Shown here piece by piece: positions 38,141 through 52,124 of a stretch of 64,000 bases of DNA. The position numbers were made by a program, and so were the translations under genes. Source of the DNA: Eledone cirrhosa (lineage: Eukaryota); contig OZ024741.1 of NCBI GenBank assembly GCA_964016885.1, positions 347,200,001 through 347,264,000 of the forward strand. The letters run 5' to 3'. Below the pieces are notes generated by a model that worked only from the letters and a program-made list of their open reading frames with translations, searched no databases and was not told the DNA's origin. How positions within the stretch are numbered: the first letter of the stretch is position 1; each line of letters starts with the position of its first letter.

Positions 38141-41100
38141 TATATATGTATATATACACATATGTCTACGTAACACACATTGATACACGTGTCTGTGATG
38201 CTTATACGCATATATACATTTGAAGAAGAAACATAATTTTTTGATGATTTCAGTAATATTCCAACCCAATTCGATATTAAGAAGCAAATAATCTGATGAA
38301 AGTCTGCTGAATTGTCTGATTATGACAGTGGAAGAAATAAATATAATCTCATAATAGCATTTTTACTTCTGCATATATTTCTTTATTTTATTAGTCCTTG
38401 TCTTCCATGTATTTCTTCTCATCCGTTGTTTGTTGTTGTTCCGTTTATATACTGAAAGAATTTCTACCAAATAACTTTATGAGTGCTGTTTGTTTTTGTT
38501 TTTTATGGTGCCTCTGTTGTTATTCTTATGATTGTTTTTCTGGTTATTGTAGCTATTCTAGAATCAGTAAGAATAATGCTGTTATTTGTAGTTATGTAAT
38601 GATATTAAGTTTGTTGTGCTAGAATTGATGGTGTTCTTCAGAAAAAAAAATTGTAAAACTTGCAATTTTTATTTGCTAAAATAAATTTATAAAGTTACAA
38701 AGTTCAATGAGACCACAAAATACAGAATCACACAAAAACAAAATGAATAAACAATAGATACTAATCGTAAAGATATATTTTTGAATAGAGAAAAATAATA
38801 TAAAACAGAATAAAACCAGGTTAGAATCCATTTAGATATTTTATATACTTTTTATGGCTTATATTTCATTTCCCTTCCTAGAGATAGAATTTAAATATAT
38901 TCGTTTATATTTGCAAAGAATCATATTTGGATGGAAAATCCCATAAACTAATTAATGCTCCATGTTATGTATTGGAGATAAAGAAAAAAACGATATACAT
39001 AAACAATGAATTATACAGAACAATGAATTAGAAATAACCGTAAAATTTTACTGCAATCGTACATCAGTATCTTCAAATATGGCGGCTAATCTCGGATTAT
39101 TCACGGGATGAAAATTGATCGAAGAACTTTGATTATATATTTGGTTGCCAAGGGCTGACATTTAGATAAACATCGCCAGATATTTCAAATACACTTCTAA
39201 CATGCTTATTCCATACATTATGCAGGAACACGATCAGCGGGGGAATATTTCCATGAAACATCTGTGCGTAAAATGATCAACATTAACATTTACTGTTAGT
39301 AATAAAAAGTCAGCAGTTTGGAGGCAGTGGGGGCGCGGGGTCAGTTAAAATAGATCCTGCACATCGCAGATAATTTCTTTTCTCGTCCGTAGCAGATAAA
39401 AAACAATGTTGGCTCAGAACGCAATGGTTCGTAAATAGATACGTTAAAGCATTTGGTCCAATTCGAAATCAATGACAGCTGGTAGTGATATAAAAGAAAT
39501 AAAAGCTCCATGCCCAGGTAAGATTTTCTCAACATCCAATGCATGAAAGCGAATATAATCTCTGTCTGATTTGAACCCAGAATATTAAGATCCGGAATAA
39601 ATACAGCAATGTCATTTTATGTGACGTTCTACAAATACTGCTTATCTACCAACCTACACCAAGGCCTAATATAATAAGCTTATATTTAACCGATGCTACA
39701 AGAGAAACCGTTACTGCTGCTGCTGCTACTGCTACTACTACTACTACTACTACTACTAGAATGACAAATGTCCACGTCGACTGACATAGAAATCAACAAA
39801 CTGAAATCCAAGGTATAAAACAATTTTATCTTGAATGCTTTATTTTAAGAGCTGAACAAACACACATCTATTTATAATAGTTTTGTAGCAATTGTGACTA
39901 GTAATTTTATATTCATTTTGAATATCAAATACGATATTTATACTTAACCATATATTGCTTAAGTGATAAAGTTATGTTACACCAACTATTTTCAACGAAT
40001 GATATTGCGCATATATATTTGTATATCCGTATAAAAAGAAAGCTCATTATGTAAAGAATTTTTTTGTTTCAGAACAGCAACTTTACTATTCCAGAAATGT
40101 CGAGTATTTCAATTTTACAGATTCTATAGACACCATGGACGAGATGCTCATACCATCCTCAGATATCTTCTGTAACGTATTACAATATTGTTTTTTCGAG
40201 ATAACTATCAGATGGCGAAAACGTTGGTGAGGCGAATTTGGTATATGTAATCTTCAGATGCAATTATTATCAAATTCTTTTTCAATAATTTTGTTTAAGC
40301 GTATTACAAATACCTAACATCGATATGAACACATTTATATGAGATATGTTAACACCAATTATTGAGGAACACTGTATCCTCGGAACGAAATAGATTACGC
40401 ATGAGTACCTTAGCTATAATGCGTTGACTAAACCTAATTATCAGCATGATTATGATTAATTTCTATTGTTACATAATGTTATGGTAAAAGGTACTATTTA
40501 TCATGAGGCATTCTTGCAGGATTAAAAGCCTATTAATACGAATCATAAACATTGAGGGCGAATACTTATTACATGTGTATGAATTACTGTGAAGGCATTA
40601 ATGAGCTCAAATAGTTTTAATATATTTCTGAACCGCATGGAAGTGAATTATAATTGTATACCCAATTTCCATAAGTATGTAAATACTGGGTGTTTATGAA
40701 ATTATTACATTATATTGTGCATTCCAATATAATCAATAACAAAATATCGTGTGCGTTACTGAATAGCAAAGACCTGAAAGGTTATGAAGTTCATTGGGAA
40801 TCACAGGTTTCCGAATTCTATCTGATTATAACAGATAGCAACCAAATGCTTTTCACCATAACCTGTGAGCGAAATCCGTAGCTATATAAGTTATGTCTTT
40901 TATTTTATTTGCCTGCGTTTTCATGAAAATAATGTATAGGAAAATAGACAGTACACTCCCTTATCGGAATCCGACTACCACATTACGTTTTCAAGGTCTA
41001 CAAAACTAAAATATACCTCTTGGTGATACTCAGACGATTTCTTGAAGACTTGCTGCAGTGTGACTATACGGTCGGTTCTGCTGCGCCCGCAGCAAAAGCT

Positions 41101-41496
41101 TACCACTTTATTCTGTATGTAAACCTCGACCTATCAGGTTTCTGGGTTTCTTTTATTTTAGGTAATCTGGAGTTGCATATAACTAGATGGTGATCAGTTG
41201 ACAGTTTAGTACCTCTCTTAACTCGAACATCCATCGAAGAAATCCGAACAATAACAAAGTCATTTATTGATCCCTATCCTCCTCATACATTATACATGGA
41301 TGTCTCTGAGCTTGAAGAAACTGTAGAACTTTATTTGGTTCTAATGCTTTTCCCCATTCTGCTTTCAGTTAAATGAATTCAATGAAAATGCTTAAAAGAT
41401 GCACACATGTTTTTAAATAATTTCTTTCTTATTTAAGAGAACCTGACATTGAATTGGCCTATCATTACTTTTCTTGATATTATTAAGAGTGTAAAT

Positions 41497-41676
41497 AATT
41501 GTTTCTATTTTAGGCACAAGGCCAGCAATTAACCAGTACATTACTGGTACTTTATTTTATCGACCCCGTAAAGATGACAGGCAAAGTTAACCTCGGCGGG
41601 ATTTGAACTCAGATCATAAAGGGACGTAACTATTTGCTTCAAAGCATGGTATCCGATTCTTTACCGATACTGCCAA
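41497..41676 (-). mobile_element. OK-like SINE
   Basis: Full reverse-complement copy with A and B boxes. Confidence 0.93.
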
Positions 41677-42753
41677 ATGGCATTGCAGGAAAATATTTAA
41701 GGTTTATCATACATATCTCACACACATGTGAATAGTCTTTCGTGTTAGAGGTGAATTAGAACATCATTAGGGAATTCACCTATGCCGAAATAGATATTAA
41801 ATTTCTAATTTAAAAAATTCCTATGTATACATATGATGATATTTTTTTTTTCTAAATGCTAAGTTGATTTTAGTTTAATAAGAAGATGCGATAAATTTAT
41901 TGACTAGGACTTACATTATTAGAATTTCTATGAGGTCCACAATAAATTTATTCTGATGCTAAATAAGTCTTAGAATCTATTAGTTAATCTTGATATGTAA
42001 TTCACCCCGTCTTTCTCCATAATGTCATGAAATCTCATGTACTTCATGAACTCTATAGTGGGTGGCTGAAGAGACAAATCTTGTTTACGATATTGATAAC
42101 GTATGTCATTATTTCGTCTTATGTATTTTTTAAAATTTATCTCACTTTCTTCCCAAAATGCCATCCTGAAACTTGCTATAATTTCAGATCTATCGCTGTT
42201 TCTTTTCGGACTAACTACCCTTGTGTTATCTCACCGATATTTGTCGTCTCGAAAAGGTGTTAAAAGTTATTTCATCACTTTCACCTACCTGCACTTGTGC
42301 ATTGTGCACAAATGCATCACCCGTTTTAGTTTCTGGTTTTGTAATAAAATTAATTATAATCTAACCGTTTGTTCAACTTTGTTTTTCCGTCAAGGAGCTT
42401 TGCGTTTGTTATTGTACTTTCGCTCCTTTGCTTCATTTATTTTAATACTGCATTGTTGCATGTAGTGTGAATACATTCGTATTTGTGAATTCGTCACACG
42501 TAAAGTCTTTTCGTTAGTCACGTTGAAGGCTTCTGATGTCGGTGTAAATCCAGTACTACCTTATGCATCGAAACAAGGTTGCTACGTAATATATAGTGGC
42601 TGACAACACTGGTGAGATTATTGTTCCGTGTTTTCTACGCGTGTTTTCTACGCGTGTTCTGTATTCTACGCGTATATATATATATATATATACATGACAC
42701 ACGTAGAATATATATATATATATATATCCACGCTATACCACATTAGATACGTA

Positions 42754-42814
<61 letters not shown>

Positions 42815-43569
42815 AAGTAAGTCCTTCATCAGTGACCCTCCAACCGTCCCAGGCATTTCATCGCTTTAAGGGCCATATACCTCAGGTTGGTGCGAACACG
42901 GCTAAAAAAAGTCGTTGGGACACGTAAATAAAGGGGACGTTAGGGTGAACAAACAAAATGGTTTAAGCAACAGAAAGTGAGAAGAAAGAGACAAGTCCCA
43001 GATTTCTATGAATATAAACTCGGTGAAATCGTGAACAAGAGACAAAAGACCATCAAACCTGGTTGAAATGTGAGCAAGGAAGGAATTTCGCACAGGTCTA
43101 ACGAGGGGAAGAAGAAGGGGTCTGGTCTGCGAATTCGGTAAACATAAGTTCTGTGAAGTCGCAGACGAAAGAGAGAGAGAGAGAAAAAAAAATTTCATAC
43201 CGGCTTGGCCAAGAACGCGCGAGAAAAGAAATCGGACAGGTCAAGCGGGAAGAAAGAGGAGGAAAGAGGAGGAGGAGGAGAGGTAGTGACAGAGAATGAG
43301 TGAGTGAAAGTTTAGGAGGAGGCTAACAGAGAGAGAGACTGCTAGAAATGGTAAAGATACAAAGAACGAAACAGACGGGTGGCAGCAGAGGAAAAAATAT
43401 GTGTAAATATGATAATAATGGAGCCTCTGCTGCCACCCGTCTGTTTCGTATGAGGAGAATAGGGGATAGGGATCAATAAATGACTTTGTTATTGTTCGGA
43501 TTTCTTCGATGGATGTTCGAGTTAAGAGAGGTACTAAACTGTCAACTGATCACCATCTAGTTATATGCA

Positions 43570-44237
43570 ACAATGTAGAGACAAACATATAGTGTACATA
43601 GGTGAGACAGCTCGTAGTGTAGGGGAACGGATAAATGAACACTGGCGAAACCTTCAAGATAGTAAAGAATCATCTGTACTCTACCAACATGCTAAAATAG
43701 AACACAAGGGTAAATTAGAGAACATAGAAATAAAAATAGAATCTACACACAGAAAAGACGCAATGTTTAGACAAATCACAGAGGCAATAAACATAAAAGA
43801 ATTACAACCAAAATTAAATAGAAAATATGAGTGGAACAGCAACATCACAACTTACAATTAAAGACAAAATGAAAACACACACACACATAGAACAAACAAC
43901 CAACCAGTAACATGTAAATAAACAAATAAATAAATGAACATAACACACATAGACACCCGGATGTGGCGCATGCGCAGACTGAGCACACAACACACACACA
44001 GAAAGAAAATGGCGTAGGACAGAACAAAGGAAAGGCACAAAAACAAAGAAAGGAATCCCCAGTCACTGAAGAGGTCACAGAGTGTGTGACGAAAGAACTA
44101 TGACAATATATAAACAACTATCTGGTTGTGGAACCAACCAACCAACCAGAAATTTATAAATTTATAAATTTATTATAAATTTATTATAATAAATTGAAGT
44201 GAAAGCAACTGGTGCGTGTGTTTCTTATTGGCAACAT

Positions 44238-44238
<1 letters not shown>
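43570..44238 (+). mobile_element. 5'-truncated PLE (GIY-YIG C-part and 3' UTR), same family as 2750-4180
   Basis: IVYIGETARSVGERINEH...FRQITEAINI...PKLNRKYEW. High identity to 3601-4180. Ends at (TA)n. Confidence 0.93.
44062..44104 (+). ncRNA. Minimal type-I hammerhead ribozyme
   Basis: GTCA-CTGAAGA-G-GTCACA(gagtg)TGTGAC-GAAA-G-AA-CTA-TGAC. Stem I GTCA/TGAC, CUA triplet. Confidence 0.8.
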
Positions 44239-44851
<613 letters not shown>

Positions 44852-45019
44852 ATTTCATATAACTGCTCTGTAAATCATCTGATGTTTTTACATTGAGCTA
44901 CTTAACTTACTGGTAATAAGGTAGTAATACATTACTGCCTACCACTATTTAGGGTGTGTGTAAAATACTTACAACTGCTTAAGGTTTTGTGTTTACATAA
45001 CCATAAATAGTATAACTAA

Positions 45020-45093
<74 letters not shown>

Positions 45094-45095
45094 GT

Positions 45096-45545
45096 AAAGA
45101 CCTGAAACTCCGCCTCTTCATTGCTGTAGTGGAGTCTGTGCTGCTGTACGGGTCTGAGACTTGGACACTGACCAAGAAACTCACTCAGATGGTGGATGGC
45201 TGATACATGAGAATGCTGAGGATGGCTCTGAACATTAATCAATATACTGAGGATGAACAATTCAGAGCTGTACAGGAGCCTCCCAAAAGTCAGCTCAAAC
45301 GTGACACAGAGGAGACTGAGGTTAGCTGGACATGCTCACCGACATCCAGAGTTGACATTGCAATCAGTGCTCCTGTGGGAGCCCCTACATGGACACACTG
45401 GAAGAGGAAGACCAAGGTTAACGTATGTTGATGCCCTAAGGACAGACACTGGTCTGTTGGAGACACATGACATGGCAGCAATAATGAGAGACAGAGACCG
45501 CTGGAGAGACATCGTCATGGATCTCGGGAATTTTACCCGCCTAAG
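45096..45545 (+). mobile_element. RTE-clade LINE 3' fragment
   Basis: FIAVVESVLLYGSETWTLTK..MRMLRMALNI..RRLRLAGH..GRGRPRLTYVD. Confidence 0.88.
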
Positions 45546-45591
45546 AATATATATATATGTACACGCACAAAATGAGAGAGAAAAAGATGGA

Positions 45592-45721
<130 letters not shown>

Positions 45722-46287
45722 GGGACAGAGAGAGACAGAGAAATCAAAGTTTTGGAAGATGAACGATTATATATGAGAACAAAAAAAATGTGGTACATAG
45801 TAAAAGAAATACAAACACACAGTTTATATATATACTTCGTTTTTGTATTTCTTTTGCAAGATTTTGTATCTGAAAACATGTGTTGAGATATATACTTTTA
45901 TACTTTCGGTGGGTCAGGCTGCAAAAAAAAAAAGGAAAAAAAAAAGAGAAAAAAACGTTCGATTTCCAATTAATTAATTATAAATTTCAAGTTGGTTAGT
46001 TCATTAACCGGAAGGTTTTTTTTGTTAATTGACAAATTTCTTTAGTCACAAATTTTGTGATCTCACTTAATAATTTGTTATTATCTGTCTCTGTTTGTCA
46101 TAAACTATCTTGTTTTTCTGAACTCACTTCTTTACAATCGTATGAAGTATTCTGAGAATAATGGGTTGATATATATAGTAATCATAAAGTTTGCCCATTC
46201 ACCCTCTGTCGTTTTCCATGAGGTATTGTCAAAGGGACTGTCTAAAGAATCAGGTTTTCTTTATTTATCACCTTCTCCCTCGACGAT

Positions 46288-46333
<46 letters not shown>

Positions 46334-46368
46334 AGTAAATATACATATATATATATACATATATATAC

Positions 46369-46402
<34 letters not shown>

Positions 46403-46814
46403 AAATATAAATATATATATATGTATATATATATTTATTTACATATATATATATATTAATTCAAAATATTTATTAATATTTTGAATTAATATTAATAACT
46501 CCAGAAACTTGCTTGTTGAGTGCTTCTAATCTATTGTAAAACTATATTCATTGATTAATCAATGAACCTTGTTTAACCTTTGGCTATATATATATTTATT
46601 TATTTATATATATATAAACAAATATTTGGGCCTGAAAGCCCAAATATTATAATTTGCCCTTCACAGGGCAAAGTCCAAGGGCATCTGTCCCTTTCACGAC
46701 GACAAAATTTAACAATAAATCATTTGTGACAGGTAAATAAAGAGACTTACAGGAGCAAGCAAAAATACGTCTGATCACACCAATAACCAATAATAATAAT
46801 TATAATTCACAGGC

Positions 46815-47395
46815 TCACTATAAAGGCTGGAGGCATGATATAATAAGAAATGTGATTCTCTGGCATTTATGAAAACTAAATAATTTAGCACATTCTGAGA
46901 AGTGGTATGGGCATAATTCAGAGTCGGTGATAGAAAACGATCAGGTGAAGATGCTATGGCATTTCAGGATCCAGACACGCAAAAAATTAGAACATAATAG
47001 GCCGGACTAGGTGGTTTTTCACAAGTTCGTGCTTGATAGTATATGTAGTCTGCTCCTTTGACACAAGAGTGCAAGAAAAGGAGAAGGAGTAAATTAAACA
47101 ATCCCAGGTTTTAAAGTGGGAATTAAAAAGAATTTGGGACTATCATCAGATCAATGTAGTCCCGATAGTAATAGAAGCACTAGGCCCTATCTCGAAGATT
47201 GTTAAAGCACACAAGTCCAACCCCTTTCTTGGATCACTAACAGAACCCTCCGATATGTCCTGAAAATCTGAGGCTGCAGGTAGCAGTTTGGGATTCATTT
47301 GAACAAAGTTTACAGTTAAATAAAAATCAATGAGTGAGATTCCAAGAATAACAATAAAAATAATAACAATGATAATGATAATAATATTAATAACA
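46815..47395 (+). mobile_element. R4/Dong-like non-LTR element, RLE endonuclease fragment and AAT-rich tail
   Basis: YKGWRHD..ILWHL, KWYGH..VIENDQVKMLWHFRIQT..HNRPD*VV, LKWELKRIW, VVPIVI.ALG. Confidence 0.85.
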
Positions 47396-47426
47396 AGAAG
47401 AAAAAAAACATGAACAACAAAAATAT

Positions 47427-47493
<67 letters not shown>

Positions 47494-48384
47494 GTAAATA
47501 AATACATACATATATATATATATATATATTTACTATTAAATTTATTAATAAATACAGATTCATTCGCTTACAAACGTGTACGCCTACAGAAACAGTCTCA
47601 GACCGCTATGGAGACACATGAAGCAATAGGAAAAACATAAATTAAGTTAATTTAACAAATTCTTATGCTTTAGAACGACATAAAGTCTATTATATTGTTG
47701 CAAGTTTCAAACAGTATGTATATAATGCTTATAACTGAAATAAGGAGAAGAGAGTGAAGATGAGTAACATAAAGCCTTGAAATCTTGTGGATGAAAGTGG
47801 CTATATAAGATAAGGCTAGCTGAAATGAAGAGATGAAGAGAGCAAAAGAATATACCGATCAGCTTCTAGTAGATAGGCATGAATATAGAATAAATATTTA
47901 CGTTTTATTGAAACCGTCCGGCTCAGAAAGAGCGAGTGCGAGACGAAATTAGCTTGCAAAGTTAATAAAACAACGAATATATCAAATCTAACAATAATAC
48001 ATTGAATATAATATTATTGTTTTTAACAATTGTCCATTTGTTCTGTGTGAAATGGAATGAATTGCCGACTGAAAATCGTAAATAATTTTATAACTATCTG
48101 TATTTAGACACATCTAACCATTATTCAACAAACACACATGGGCATACACCTGTCTGCGTGGGTATATAAACTATATATATATATATATATATGTGTGCGT
48201 GTGTATATATATATATTCAAATACACAGGGACACACACATACACATATATATTTATATATACATATAAGTATCGCCGCCTTGGCATAATGTAGGTTGACT
48301 ACATTAAATATGCATACGCATTTGTGTGTTTACGTGTATATCGTTTCGAATGTAGACATATACGTGTGTATATTTGTGCATTTA

Positions 48385-48422
<38 letters not shown>

Positions 48423-48516
48423 AAACATGATGCATACGTACATATCTCCTGTGTGCTCACAACTATTCATTCACTAACATATGAATACAATTCTATTAAT
48501 CAATACACTAAACATA

Positions 48517-48681
48517 TAATTGTTTCTACTTTTGGCAAAAGGCCAGCAATTATCCCAGTGCATTACTGGTACTTTATTTTATCGAGCCCGTAACGATGAA
48601 AGGTAAAGTTAACCTCGGTGGGATTTGGACTCAGGACGTAAATGGATGTAACTCTATGCTGGAACCGATGGCATCCGACCT
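48517..48681 (-). mobile_element. OK-like SINE
   Basis: Reverse-complement copy. Confidence 0.9.
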
Positions 48682-50159
48682 AATACATAGTTATTATGGT
48701 CACTTCCAACCTAGTGTGTTGTCTTATTTATATACTATCGTCAACACTTTTGAACTTATCACGGAGTCGCCATCCCTTACATCGTCATTAGCCATTTGTG
48801 TACGATTTTAATATAATTCATAGAAATGCTATTGTATAATGTTATTCAGTCGCATTTAGTTTTGACTGGTGTTCAATTTATGAACAAAACTTTTCGAAAT
48901 CTCTCGTCCCCATTGTATCCATAAACTTAGGAAATATAATGATAGGAATTATTGCGTTATAAGCAACCCTCTGCCTTGATTGACTTACTTCTCTTAGATC
49001 CTCGAGTCTAATACTTGTTATTTTAAAAAATATTAATGGTGTATACATGTAAGCTCACTATAATTTCAGATGATGTTAGAGACATTATGATTTTGATGAA
49101 TTTAAAGGAAAAATGATATTTATTCCATCTCTATATCCATAATATTTATAACACCGGCATTGGCGCGTCTAGATACCCAGGAATAAAAGCTACATTATGT
49201 TACCATTTACTACAGTCTTAACTGCATGGGACATTAGATAATATATACATCCTTTGTGGTTCACGATCAAAATCGGAGGAAACAAAATAAAAGAAACAAT
49301 AATAATCAGGTTTCCAATGTCAACATAGGAAGTTGAACTAATGATTGAAACAAGAAAATATTGAAATGATATTAATTGGATTGAGGCAGCGATTAATGGT
49401 TGACAAGAATTAATCAGTCTAAGCTTTCCAATAAAGTCATGGAATTATAGGGAATATAAATGTAAATGAATGTTTAAGTTGTGTATATATGCATGAGTAT
49501 GTTTGCAAATGGTACGCGATATGTTTATGTATGTATGAAGGTGTGCATTAATGTGTATACGAAAGAATAGTCGTGAGTGTGTGGGAGATATTGAATGAAA
49601 ATTTATGAATATAGAATCCAAATATACATTTGGACGTTTCAAACGAGGTACTAAGTCTGTATATCAGCATAATGTTATGACGACTTGCTTCCAAATACAT
49701 ATATACATATTTCAGATATCATGCTGTGCGTAAAAGTTAGCAAATGTGTGCCCATGTGTTGAAACGAGTCCAAATCTCTGTGACGAAAAAATTGTCATAC
49801 ATGGTTTTATGTCGAAACATAGATACATGTTCGCTAGCGTGATCAATGATTCTTCTATCTCTTTATTTCTCTGGAAGAAATGGCTTCGTACGGAATTGAA
49901 AATAAATGAAGTAGACCGGGTTTAAAATTCCAAAGACATGTGCATCAGGACGTTGGGGATACAACTAAATCAGGAAATACGGGCTATATTTATCATTTTT
50001 ACGTACAGCAGTATGGTATAGAATGTGTGTGAATATGTTTACATATGTATTTGTATATGTGCACGCGAGAAATAGTGATGAGTCCTTATCAGATCATTGT
50101 TTCTGATTTAAGTACACGGCAAACGATTAGGTGTGAGACTAAATTTGCATACATTGAAC

Positions 50160-50290
50160 TCAGTGCATTACTGCTATCTTATTTTATCAACCTACTATGA
50201 ATGAAACACAAAGCTAACCCTGGCAGGTTTTGAACTCAGAATGTAAAGGACGAAGCTATTTGCCGTAAAGCATGTTATGCGATACTGCCC
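50160..50290 (-). mobile_element. Diverged OK-like SINE
   Basis: TTTTATCAACC..ATGAAACACAAAGCTAACCCTGGCAGGTTTTGAACTCAGA. Confidence 0.75.
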
Positions 50291-52077
50291 TTGCCGTGAT
50301 CAGATAATGGAAGATATGGTGAGATCAAATATATTTTTGATATCGAACAATGTCCAGATTAAGGTTTTTGCACTTGGTCTCATTTAAGGCAGCTTGCCGA
50401 TTGCATTGAGCTGCAAAGCGGCGACAGAATATCGGACGGAGTTCGAATTCGTCAACCATAGACCCAGCCGCGCAGTGAAACAAACAACATACATTTCAAA
50501 TTACACAATATAGAACGCATTTTTTATTACTAGATAATCTTTCAAAATACTCTCTCAGAACCAAATTTAATATCTATATTAAGTGTATGTTATATTGACA
50601 TCTCATCTGAAATGTAGTCGTCTCACAAGAGACATTTACAGATAGGCAGCGGATATTTCATCTAAATTTCCACGTATTTCTCTATAGTTACATTCTGCAA
50701 TTAGCGAGACTACGTCGTTATTTTAAAGAGAATCTCAATATTAAATGTATTAATAGAATCAATAGAATTCGTCTACTGAAAGATTAACGTCATGTGTGTG
50801 TTTGTGTGTGTATAGTGAGTGGAGGCAATGTTTTACCTTTGATTGAGTTCAAAATGAACAATGTATTTGAGGTTTGATCACCGGTATTAAAAGTATTTCC
50901 TATATTCAGATGGTGGAATCGAATCTAAATGAAATACCTTTAAAACATACTTGCAAGTCAAAATACAAAGTAGCGAAAACATTTGTTTGATTGTTGAATA
51001 CCATTGTTGTTGGATTAATGTATAACCCCAGCTGAAATCTGGTTGAGAAAAACCAAGATGAAAGAAATTTCAAACATGAGAATCCCATTTATTTTCTAGA
51101 TGATCAATGAGAAATATGAACGCATTTCCATGTCGTAGAATTTGGCTTTGTGGGAAATTCTTTTCTATATCAAGAACATTCCTGTCTGTTTAATAAATGG
51201 ATTGATCTGCTTAACTCCTAAATTTCACATAAATGTTCCAATATACAAAAGAAATATACAAAGGAAGGTTGTTCAAAATAAAAATGAAGCCGATGTACAA
51301 CATTCTAAACGTAACATGTAGCATAGTGTTTTCAGGAATCTAAATTAAAAAGAATTAGCTCCCGTGGTAATATGTCGTTCGCGATGTCCTCCCTTTTCCT
51401 CCCTCTTACTTAATCTTTCTTTCAGTACACACCCACACGAATGCACTCAAACGCATACACATGCACATGAAATATATCCCACAAGAGTTTTGAGTAATAT
51501 ATATTTCTTTAAGCACTTTTTAGTAAAATATCTAAGAATAAATATACTTTGGATTTGTTTGAAGTTCCAAGCGCATTTTCTCTACCTTGGGAGTCGTTGA
51601 TTTTTTTTCTTACGCGAATGTATATACAATATGTTATGGTGTAATTGAAAGTTATCTAAACTCATTCACTGCTGATTATTATTGTATTCGTGTCGCTACA
51701 AAGGCAACCATTTTCTACGGTGACAATACTGTCTCCACTTAGAATTTATTTTAATATTTAATCTTTTTCTTTATGATTCAATTACTCTGAAGAAAAAAGA
51801 AAGGTATATTATTTTGAATCTATTTCTTGCAGAATTACAATGCATTCCTCATAAACGTCCCTGCCTACATCTCATTATAATCGTAATCATGGTCTTCATC
51901 AACTTCATCATCCTTATCTTCTCGCTCCTTCACCTCCTCTGCCTCCTCCTTATCCTCCTCCTGATCGTCCTTATCCATCCACCTTCTCATCAACATCATC
52001 CTTGTTATACTCCTTCTCATCTGTTCCCCTCCCTTCCTCCTTCTAAATATCATCATCATCATCCTCATTATCGTTAC

Positions 52078-52124
<47 letters not shown>

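Noticed and set aside
39471-39523. Possible first coding exon MTAGSDIKEIKAPCP with CAG|GTAAGA donor
   Set aside because: Only 15 codons, no recognisable homology and no supported downstream exon. Such motifs arise by chance.
41930-42470. Possible ancient RT fragment on the minus strand
   Set aside because: Only vague resemblance with no intact motif, so it cannot be supported without a search.
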